Of a DNA stretch of 64,000 nt, positions 54,611-64,000 are shown one piece after another. The DNA is from Syntrophaceae bacterium UBA4810 (GTDB taxonomy: Bacteria > Desulfobacterota > Syntrophia > Syntrophales > Smithellaceae), in NCBI GenBank assembly GCA_002402545.1, contig DHGA01000061.1:1239-65238 (forward strand), given 5' to 3'. How positions within the stretch are numbered: the first letter of the stretch is position 1; each line of letters starts with the position of its first letter. The notes under the pieces were generated by a model. It ran no database searches and had not been told where the DNA came from. It saw nothing but the letters and a program-made list of their open reading frames with translations. A program made the translations under genes and the position numbers.

Positions 54611-55369
54611 ATGGCCACAACCTTAAAACAAGCCATCAAAAAATTTTTGCGCCCGCAGGTGGACGCGGTGGGCTTTGCTCCCGTGTCACGTTTTGACGAC
54701 GCGCCGGAAAAACATCATCCCGCGCGTGTCTGTAAGGAGGCAAAAACCGTTATCGTAATCGGCATTCCTGTGCCGCAGGGGATGCTCCGCTCGCCTGATT
54801 ATAATCTTTACGGCGTGCACAGAACTTATCATAGCGCCTATACCTCTCTCGATCATGTCGCTCTTGCCCTGAGTAATTTTATTGAAGCCAAAGGCAAATA
54901 TCTGGCCATACCCATTCCCTGTTACGCGCCGATGGTTTTTCATGGGTTCGAACCCTGGGGTTTGATGTCATTAAAACACGCCGCAGTAAAAGCAGGCATG
55001 GGACGTTTTGGACGCTCCGGACAAGTTTATCACCCCAAATACGGCTCACTTTTACGACTTGCCGCCGTTGTGACCAGCGCGCCCATCCCCGGTGATAAAC
55101 TCCTTTCTAATGAATTGCCCTGCCCGCCCAAATGCAGTGCCTGCATGAAAGTCTGCCCCTCAAAAGCCTTCGATGAACACGGAAAATTCCATAAAATGAC
55201 CTGTCTTGCACACACAATAAAACACGCCATTTATCCGCTGGCACTTAAAACCGAAGAAGGCCTAAAAAACATCGAACGCGTCATCAACACCGCCGGCCAC
55301 AATTACTGGATTGACTGCGACGAATGCGTCAAGGTTTGTCCGTTGAATAAAAAGAAAGAGCGGAACTAG
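54611..55369 (+). CDS. 4Fe-4S cluster protein, QueG/reductive-dehalogenase-related
   Basis: CPPKCSACMKVCP and CDECVKVCP motifs. Confidence 0.5.
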   Translation: MATTLKQAIKKFLRPQVDAVGFAPVSRFDDAPEKHHPARVCKEAKTVIVIGIPVPQGMLRSPDYNLYGVHRTYHSAYTSLDHVALALSNFIEAKGKYLAIPIPCYAPMVFHGFEPWGLMSLKHAAVKAGMGRFGRSGQVYHPKYGSLLRLAAVVTSAPIPGDKLLSNELPCPPKCSACMKVCPSKAFDEHGKFHKMTCLAHTIKHAIYPLALKTEEGLKNIERVINTAGHNYWIDCDECVKVCPLNKKKERN

Positions 55370-55479
55370 GACGGATGTTTGGACGAAGCAATTACAGCAA
55401 GGTAAGCCAGGCGCGCAAGAGATCATGGCAAAAAATTAAAGATGCGACCCCTTATTTGCTCAAAGATAAGGAAAGATCA

Positions 55480-56010
55480 ATGAAGAAAATAATCACAGTA
55501 ATAATGATAATGCTTATCTGTTTTACGGGTTGTGCGACGGCAGACCCGACCACACCACCCGTTGAATTGCCTTTTGCTGTTCATCAAAAAGGTGCGACAG
55601 TTTCGACTGAACTGCGGATTATAGAGGAGGGTCCTTATAGATATCCTTTTGATCTTAAATTTATGTACAATGAGAAAGATAAGGCAGATAGAGAGCGTGT
55701 CCGAAAATTGGTTGGGAGATACGAAAGAGATGCACGAGGTAAACTACGTGAACCCGGTATTCCGATTCCTTTGAAATTAACAATCAGCGCCATTGATTCG
55801 TCAGCGTCAGGGGAACGGTTTTTATTGAAGAAAGAAGTCTTTGTTGGGGCATGTTACGCCTATGGCCGCAATGATTTCCTAAGAAGAATTGACGAGGATC
55901 AGAGCAAAATGTCCCCAGGGATTTACCGCGTTACAGTGCAGAGCTTGAAAGATATTCCGGAATTAGCAGATACAAAAGTATTTTTCACTATTTATAATCC
56001 AAGAAAATAA
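55480..56010 (+). CDS. lipoprotein, function unknown
   Basis: MKKIITVIMIMLICFTGC lipobox. Confidence 0.6.
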   Translation: MKKIITVIMIMLICFTGCATADPTTPPVELPFAVHQKGATVSTELRIIEEGPYRYPFDLKFMYNEKDKADRERVRKLVGRYERDARGKLREPGIPIPLKLTISAIDSSASGERFLLKKEVFVGACYAYGRNDFLRRIDEDQSKMSPGIYRVTVQSLKDIPELADTKVFFTIYNPRK

Positions 56011-56126
56011 CTATTAAGGAGGACATTATGGCATATTATTTAAGAGTCTATATAGAAGCAGCAGGCGGTATATAGGATCAAATCTTTACATTTCCCTTTG
56101 CTGCTTTCATCCAGCTGCGATGAATT

Positions 56127-56435
56127 TTATTTAAGTGGTTTGCCACATTCCTTGCACTTGCCATCCGGGCCGATAACACCAATACAGGCTTCGTCAGAAC
56201 ATAGAACACGTTTTTCCCAATCATCATCTTCAGACACTGTTTTTTCTGGTTTTTGTTCTGCTGGCGCAATCGGGTTACTGCTTACTGTGCCGTGGTCTTC
56301 TGGTAATTTTCCTTCGTAAACCTTGCCGCATTCCTTACAACGGCCATCCGGGCCGATGGTGCCGATACAGGACTCATCAGAGCACAAGATTCTTTTTTCC
56401 CAATTCTCGTTTTCATCAAATATGATTTCGGTCAT
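56127..56435 (-). CDS. small protein with two tandem Cys-rich (zinc-ribbon-like) repeats
   Basis: WEKR(I/V)LCSDE(S/A)CIG(T/V)IGPDG(R/K)CKECGK occurs twice. ATG at 56435 after GGAGA. Confidence 0.6.
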   Translation of the reverse strand: MTEIIFDENENWEKRILCSDESCIGTIGPDGRCKECGKVYEGKLPEDHGTVSSNPIAPAEQKPEKTVSEDDDWEKRVLCSDEACIGVIGPDGKCKECGKPLK

Positions 56436-56508
56436 TTGTTGTCTCCAATAATTAGCGAAGTTACTTATAACAGCTTTAAAAATATTTCCAGAAAACAATT
56501 ACACTTTG

Positions 56509-56681
56509 ATTGTCATTCCCGCGAAAGCGGGAATCCATCATATTAATAAGTATTTACTGGATTCCGGGTCAAGCCCGGAATGACAACGCGATTGCTTCAC
56601 CTGCCAGAGGCAGATTTTTACCCGGCGGCTGCCGGGCGCAAGGACAGAACACTGGATTCCCGCTTTCGCGGGAATGACAAT
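56509..56681. mobile_element. 173-bp MITE-like element bounded by 29-bp perfect inverted repeats
   Basis: 56509-56537 ATTGTCATTCCCGCGAAAGCGGGAATCCA is the exact reverse complement of 56653-56681. A third related hairpin, GGATTCCGGGTCAAGCCCGGAATGACAA, lies at 56559-56586. Confidence 0.6.
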
Positions 56682-56691
56682 GTACCGTTTT

Positions 56692-56813
56692 GCCAAGTCG
56701 CATTCAAAAGGATACCGAGGCGGCAAGGAGGAGGCTCCGCAGGCGTATTACTAATACGTTGAGGAAGCCGACGACGCTGCCAACAAAGGTAGCCGAATGA
56801 AGGCGGTCTTGGC
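56692..56813 (-). ncRNA. candidate structured RNA / long nested hairpin abutting the rtcB stop codon
   Basis: Four nested helices paired by hand: 56692-97/56808-13, 56719-24/56776-81, 56733-38/56763-69 and 56744-48/56754-58. Confidence 0.3.
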
Positions 56814-56815
56814 AG

Positions 56816-58258
56816 TCAGCCTTTAATACAGGCTATTGCTTTCAGTCTCGCAACTTTTTTGGCAATACCCGCGTCATGCATCACCTGCACGACATCCTGC
56901 AGGTTTTTATAAGCCTCCGGCATTTCTTCTTTGAGTGTCCCTTTGCTGGAAGCCATCACCAAAACACCTTTTTGAGCCAGTTCCTGGGTAATAGAGCGCC
57001 CCTGCGAGGCTTTGGTGGCCTGCGTGCGGCTCATCACGCGCCCCGCGCCGTGGCAGGCAGAACCAAATGTCTCTTCCATCGCTTTTTGCTGGCCTGCCAA
57101 AACAAAAGAGCCTGTGCCCATATCGCCGGGGATTAAAACCGGCTGACCGACGCTTTTGTAGCGGGCGGGCAAAGCGTCATGCCCCGCGGGGTAAGAACGC
57201 GTCGCGCCTTTGCGATGCACACATAATTTTTTTTGCTTACCGTCAATATCGAATGCTTCAATCTTGGCGATATTGTGGCAAACATCGAACACCAAGCGCA
57301 TGGCTAAATCGCGCGGCGAAAGCTGCAGCGTTTTTTCAAAAAGCTGACGTGTCTGCTGCATGAGCACTTGCCGGTTAGCCCAGGCGTAATTCGCGGCGCA
57401 GGCCATCGCCGCCAAGTAATTTTGTCCGCGCGTAGATTTTAGATAAGCGCAGGCAAGCTGCCTATCGGGCAGTTCAATGCCGGTTTGTGCCGCGTGCTTG
57501 ACCATCAGCGCCAGATAATCGTCGCAGACCTGATAGCCCAGGCCCCGCGAGCCGCTGTGAATCATCACGGCAATTTGGCCTTTTTGCAGGCCGAAAACAT
57601 GGGCGGCTTTTTCATCAAAAATTTCCTGCACCAGTTCTATTTCCAGAAAGTGATTGCCCGAACCAAGCGTCCCCAGCTGTTCTTTGCCGCGCTCAATAGC
57701 TCGGGCTGATACCTGCTCCGAATCAGCTCCTGGCATTATGCCGCCGTCTTCTGTGGCCTCCAAATCTTCTGGCTGGCCAAAACCATTTTTGACCGCCCAT
57801 ACAGATCCTTCTTCCAGAACTTTCTTCTGATCTTTGCCGGATAATTTTACAAATCCCTTTGTGCCGACGCCAGAAGGAATGCCCTGATAAAGAGCAGTGG
57901 TGAGTTTATCGATTTTGTTTTTAATGTCATCAAGCGTCAAAGTTGTGGTCATCAGGCGGCAGCCGCAATTGATATCGTAGCCCACGCCGCCAGGCGAAAT
58001 AATTCCACTATCCATGTCAAAAGCCGCCACGCCGCCGATGGGAAAACCATAGCCCCAGTGGACATCGGGCATCGCCAATGAATATTTCACGATGCCCGGC
58101 AGGCAGGCGACATTTGCCACTTGCTTTGCGCTCTCGTCGCTTTTTAAAAGCTCAAAAATTTTATCGTTGGCGTAGATGATCCCCGGTACGCGCATTTTTC
58201 CCGACTGCGGGATCAGCACACGGTTTTCATCAAGTCTTTCCATCTTGATTTCAGACAT
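56816..58258 (-). CDS. rtcB: RNA-splicing ligase RtcB
   Basis: GYDINCG, GSGNHF, HSGSRG, H...HNI and CHGAGR motifs. Confidence 0.9.
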   Translation of the reverse strand: MSEIKMERLDENRVLIPQSGKMRVPGIIYANDKIFELLKSDESAKQVANVACLPGIVKYSLAMPDVHWGYGFPIGGVAAFDMDSGIISPGGVGYDINCGCRLMTTTLTLDDIKNKIDKLTTALYQGIPSGVGTKGFVKLSGKDQKKVLEEGSVWAVKNGFGQPEDLEATEDGGIMPGADSEQVSARAIERGKEQLGTLGSGNHFLEIELVQEIFDEKAAHVFGLQKGQIAVMIHSGSRGLGYQVCDDYLALMVKHAAQTGIELPDRQLACAYLKSTRGQNYLAAMACAANYAWANRQVLMQQTRQLFEKTLQLSPRDLAMRLVFDVCHNIAKIEAFDIDGKQKKLCVHRKGATRSYPAGHDALPARYKSVGQPVLIPGDMGTGSFVLAGQQKAMEETFGSACHGAGRVMSRTQATKASQGRSITQELAQKGVLVMASSKGTLKEEMPEAYKNLQDVVQVMHDAGIAKKVARLKAIACIKG

Positions 58259-58667
58259 CAAAAATCACCCTGGCGCGCCAGCCTTGATCGCGTTTCTCGA
58301 TTTTCAGCGTGTGGTAGGTGACAGCCTTGATTTCCATTTTCAGATGATGCTTTTTCGCGTCATATGGTTCACCCTGCAGTCGCGCGGTAATTTTTTCTTC
58401 TTCCATCTCCAGTATTTCGCACGTTTTACAAAGCCAGGATTTGCTGTGAAAAAGATAAAGGGCTTCGCGCAAAAGATTAATCAGCATATCGGCCGTATCC
58501 GCGCCGCTTACGGCAATCTTTTTTTCCTCCAGTTCTGCCACGCTATCGTTTGCCGCGATTAAATCAAACATCGCTTCAACGGTCGCGGCGAGCGCTTCTT
58601 CTTTAGTGTTACCCCATACCTCAACGCCGATATCGGCGGTATGATCAAGCAGTGTGTAGTTTTTCAT
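58251..58667 (-). CDS. archease
   Basis: 138 aa with LDHTADIGVEV N-terminal and KAVTYH C-terminal motifs. Overlaps the rtcB start. Confidence 0.8.
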   Translation of the reverse strand: MKNYTLLDHTADIGVEVWGNTKEEALAATVEAMFDLIAANDSVAELEEKKIAVSGADTADMLINLLREALYLFHSKSWLCKTCEILEMEEEKITARLQGEPYDAKKHHLKMEIKAVTYHTLKIEKRDQGWRARVIFDV

Positions 58668-58718
58668 GAGGCAACTATAATGAATTTAACTTTCAAAAAC
58701 AAGCGCCGCAGGAAAACC

Positions 58719-58756
58719 AAAAAAGCCCCTTAACTTAAAACAGTTAAGGGGCTTTT
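58719..58756 (-). terminator. intrinsic terminator after gyrA
   Basis: GCCCCTTAAC-8 nt-GTTAAGGGGC plus a T-run on the minus strand. Confidence 0.75.
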
Positions 58757-58779
58757 GAAACTTTAAGTGACCGCGAATT

Positions 58780-61251
58780 TTATTCTTCGCCTTCTTCCTC
58801 AATTCCGTTTTCGTCATCGCCGCCTTCCGACGTGGTAAGCGCAACGCCAACCAGTTTTTCCTTGGCCTCCAGATCAATGAGCTTAACACCCTGCGCTACA
58901 CGATGATGAATCGGTATATCTTCTCCTTTTAAGCGAATGACTTTGCCTCCGTCGCTGATCAGCATAACGTGCTCTTCGCCCGATACCTGCAAGACACCGG
59001 AGACATTGCCTACTTTGGGAACAATTTTTAAATTAAGCGTGCCTTTACCGCCGCGGCTTTGCAGGCGGTATTCCTTAATCGGCGTGCACTTGCCGAATCC
59101 TTTTTCGGAAACGGTCAAGACGTACGTGTCTTTTTCCGGAATTTCCACGCCCACCACTTCATCATCCTTGCCCAGGCTGATGCCGCGCACGCCTTTAGCT
59201 GTGCGTCCCATGTCACGCACGTCTTTTTCTTTGAAACGAATGGCCAGACCGCGGCGCGTGGCCAGGAAGATATCCTGCTTGCCAGTGGTGACTTTCACAT
59301 CAACAAGTTCGTCGCCTTTATCCAGAGACAGCGCGATAATGCCGCCGGAACGCGGATTGGAATAAGCGGACAGCTCCGTCTTTTTAATCGTGCCTTTCCT
59401 GGTTACCATCACTATAGATTTATCATCATCAAACGCGCGCACGGGCAAAGTGGCGCTGACCCGTTCGCCCTGCCCCATGTTGATCATATTCACGATCGCC
59501 TTGCCTTTGGCGGCGCGACCCGCCTGCGGGATCTGATAAACCTTAAGCCAATGCACCCTACCGGTATTGGTAAACACCAGCAGATAATGATGCGTGGAGG
59601 CGACAAAGATTTTTTCGACAAAATCTTCTTCCTTGGTGCCCATGCCCACCTTGCCGCGTCCGCCGCGCCGCTGACTGCGATACAGGCTTACCGGATTGCG
59701 TTTGATGTAGCCGGCATGCGTAATCGTCACCATCATGTCTTCTTCCACGATCATGTCTTCAATATCGATATCACCGCTGCTGGCGACAATTTCCGAGCGC
59801 CGTTCATCGCCGTAGCGCTCTTTTATTTCGTTTAACTCATCGATAATTACCTGCAGGACTTTCTGCGGATCGGCCAGAATGCCTTCCAGCTTGGCCATGA
59901 GAGCTTTTATTTCTTTGTATTCCTCGTCAATTTTCGCTCTTTCCAGGCCGGTCAGGCGCTGGAGTCTCATTTCGAGAATTGCTTTGGCCTGAATTTCGGA
60001 TAACTTAAATTTGGTGCAAAGTTTTTCCGAAGCCTCCTGCGGATTTTTTGCCGCCTTGATCAGGGCGATAATGGCATCGATATTTTTGAGCGCGATAATC
60101 AGGCCTTCCAAAATATGCGCCCGCTCTTTGGCGCGTGCCAGATCAAACTCGGTGCGCCGCACGACGACGTCGCGGCGGAACACAATGAATTTTTCGAGCA
60201 CCTGCTTTAGATTTAAAACCTGCGGCCGTCCTTCAGCTATCGCCAGCATGATAATGCCGAAAGACGATTCCATTGCGGTTAATTTATAAAGTTTATTCAG
60301 GATAATTGATGAGTTTTCGTCGCGCTTTAAATCAATGACAACACGAATGCCGTCGCGGTCGGATTCATCACGCAAATCGCTAATGCCTTCAATTTTCTTG
60401 TCACGCACCAATTCAGAAATTTTCTCAATCAGCGTCGCTTTGTTTACCTGATAGGGAATTTCCGTAATGACGATAGTCTCTCTGTCGTTACGTGCGTTTT
60501 TTTCTATCAGCGCCCGCGCCCGCATTTTGATAATGCCGCGACCGGTTTTATAAGCGGAAATAATTCCTTCTCGCCCGTTGATAAAACCAGCCGTGGGGAA
60601 ATCGGGGCCCGGGATATGCTTCATCAGTTTTTCGACTGTGATCTCCGGGTTTTTGATGCAGGCTATCGTGCCGTTGACAATTTCTGTCAGGTTGTGCGGC
60701 GGAATATTTGTGGCCATGCCGACGGCGATGCCCGACGAGCCATTGAGCAAAAGCAGCGGGATACGCGCCGCCAAAAGCGACGGCTCCCGCAGAGATTCGT
60801 CGTAGTTGGGGACGAAATCAACAGTTTCTTTGTCCAGGTCGGCCAGAACTTCTTCCGAGATGCGGGACATCCTTATTTCCGTGTAACGCATAGCCGCGGG
60901 AGGATCGCCGTCGATGGAACCGAAGTTACCCTGTCCGTCAACAAGGGGGTAGCGCATGGAAAATTCCTGCGCCATGCGTACGATTGTGTCGTAAACCGCC
61001 ACGTCGCCGTGGGGATGGTATTTACCGATGATGTCACCGACGATGCGGGCGGATTTTTTATAGGGCTTGTTGTAGCGATTGCCCATTTCATACATGGAAA
61101 ACAAAGCGCGGCGATGCACCGGCTTTAAACCATCACGCACATCGGGAATAGCCCGGCCGATGATGACGCTCATGGCGTAATCCATGTAGGATTTTTTCAT
61201 CTCATCTTCTATGTTCACCATGGTTGGCTTTTTGTGGATATCTTGTTCCAT
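58780..61251 (-). CDS. gyrA: DNA gyrase subunit A
   Basis: [28 protein letters not shown] and AAMRYTE motifs. The ORF extends to a GTG at 61284, but the ATG at 61251 is preferred. Confidence 0.93.
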   Translation of the reverse strand: MEQDIHKKPTMVNIEDEMKKSYMDYAMSVIIGRAIPDVRDGLKPVHRRALFSMYEMGNRYNKPYKKSARIVGDIIGKYHPHGDVAVYDTIVRMAQEFSMRYPLVDGQGNFGSIDGDPPAAMRYTEIRMSRISEEVLADLDKETVDFVPNYDESLREPSLLAARIPLLLLNGSSGIAVGMATNIPPHNLTEIVNGTIACIKNPEITVEKLMKHIPGPDFPTAGFINGREGIISAYKTGRGIIKMRARALIEKNARNDRETIVITEIPYQVNKATLIEKISELVRDKKIEGISDLRDESDRDGIRVVIDLKRDENSSIILNKLYKLTAMESSFGIIMLAIAEGRPQVLNLKQVLEKFIVFRRDVVVRRTEFDLARAKERAHILEGLIIALKNIDAIIALIKAAKNPQEASEKLCTKFKLSEIQAKAILEMRLQRLTGLERAKIDEEYKEIKALMAKLEGILADPQKVLQVIIDELNEIKERYGDERRSEIVASSGDIDIEDMIVEEDMMVTITHAGYIKRNPVSLYRSQRRGGRGKVGMGTKEEDFVEKIFVASTHHYLLVFTNTGRVHWLKVYQIPQAGRAAKGKAIVNMINMGQGERVSATLPVRAFDDDKSIVMVTRKGTIKKTELSAYSNPRSGGIIALSLDKGDELVDVKVTTGKQDIFLATRRGLAIRFKEKDVRDMGRTAKGVRGISLGKDDEVVGVEIPEKDTYVLTVSEKGFGKCTPIKEYRLQSRGGKGTLNLKIVPKVGNVSGVLQVSGEEHVMLISDGGKVIRLKGEDIPIHHRVAQGVKLIDLEAKEKLVGVALTTSEGGDDENGIEEEGEE

Positions 61252-61320
61252 CTTAGCTTTTTTCCTCTCTAGATATGCGGTCACGTAATATTTTCAGCAA
61301 AAGTAATTTCCTTGGTCGGA

Positions 61321-63750
<2,430 letters not shown>

Positions 63751-63756
63751 TTATTA

Positions 63757-64000
63757 CTATATTTTTAACGGCATCACGATGCATAGATAATCATCGCCTT
63801 CTGTTTGTTTAACGGCAGTTGGTTTTATACCCACCCCAACTTCCATCAGAATATTTTCTTTATTTATAACTGCAATTGCATCGATTAAATAATTAACATT
63901 AAATCCTACTTCCACATCTTCTCCGGTATAGGAAACGTCTATTTCCTCCGTGGCTTCACCCACATCCAGGTTGGTGGAATTTAACGTCAGCTTTCCTTCC
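63757..64000 (-). CDS. dnaN: DNA polymerase III beta sliding clamp (C-terminal part; gene continues beyond the window)
   Basis: C-terminal ...VGFNVNYLIDA...YLCIVMPLKI pattern. The frame is open to the window edge. Confidence 0.8.
   Translation of the reverse strand, partial: EGKLTLNSTNLDVGEATEEIDVSYTGEDVEVGFNVNYLIDAIAVINKENILMEVGVGIKPTAVKQTEGDDYLCIVMPLKI

Noticed and set aside
54940-54965. GGGTTCGAACCCTGGGG as a tRNA T-arm
   Set aside because: It lies inside the 4Fe-4S protein CDS (HGFEPWGL), and no acceptor or anticodon arms can be drawn around it.
56538-56762. ORFs 56538-56726 (-) and 56580-56762 (+)
   Set aside because: They lie entirely in the hairpin repeats and read ..IPAKAGIQ.. / ..SRFRGNDN... 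These are typical translation artefacts of such repeats.
59059-61128. Long antisense ORFs inside gyrA/gyrB, and similar ones inside the acylase, aminotransferase, etf and acd genes
   Set aside because: They are shadow ORFs opposite strongly supported genes. Their composition is Arg/Gly/His-rich and no motifs are recognisable.

Overview
The window is 64 kb of bacterial chromosome with no rRNA, tRNA or CRISPR array. It looks like an uncultivated anaerobe (Bcd/Etf genes, RtcB plus archease, double-length ThyX, Lys-rich histone-like tails), but I cannot assign a taxon. dnaN-gyrB-gyrA on the minus strand at the right edge places the window next to the replication origin.

Most of the window is ordinary housekeeping and metabolism: PiT, a LysA-like decarboxylase, MurI, ThyX, an MFS transporter, TauE, an aminotransferase, glycerate kinase, an S45 acylase, two acyl-CoA dehydrogenases with EtfAB, PaaK/ACT, and RtcB/archease.

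Four regions stand out.

1. 29.6-40.3 kb: a RiPP-like cluster.
   - Seven unannotated 27-31-codon genes lie antisense to the biosynthetic genes. They share a near-invariant 21-residue leader with the Y(-17)/P(-14)/L(-12)/T(-2) spacing of lasso-peptide leaders, followed by hypervariable 6-10-residue cores.
   - The cluster encodes a PqqD/B1 recognition protein and a lasso-type B2 protease, but no Asn-synthetase-like lasso cyclase is present in the window.
   - In its place are two radical-SAM enzymes (one with a B12-binding domain), an Fmt-like formyltransferase, a DUF362 protein, an HPrK-like kinase and an NTP_transf_5 nucleotidyltransferase.
   - I read this as a candidate undescribed RiPP pathway built on lasso leader-processing parts.
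2. 11.0-15.9 kb: an AT-rich accessory stretch with three attC-like sites (RYYYAAC...GTTRRRY, 63-67 bp, imperfect palindromes).
   - The sites separate promoterless cassettes carrying unknown genes, DUF3800, Tag and a cupin. No integrase is visible, so this looks like a CALIN. A HigBA toxin-antitoxin pair follows.
3. 17.5-21.9 kb: a 4.1-kb three-gene acyl-lipid module bracketed by direct repeats.
   - The repeats duplicate the promoter and first 23 codons of the adjacent hydrolase gene. An aldo-keto-reductase remnant lies beside the left repeat.
4. 56.5-56.8 kb: a 173-bp element bounded by 29-bp perfect inverted repeats, next to a roughly 120-nt nested hairpin that abuts the rtcB stop codon.

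All functional calls come from motif recognition by eye. No searches were run.
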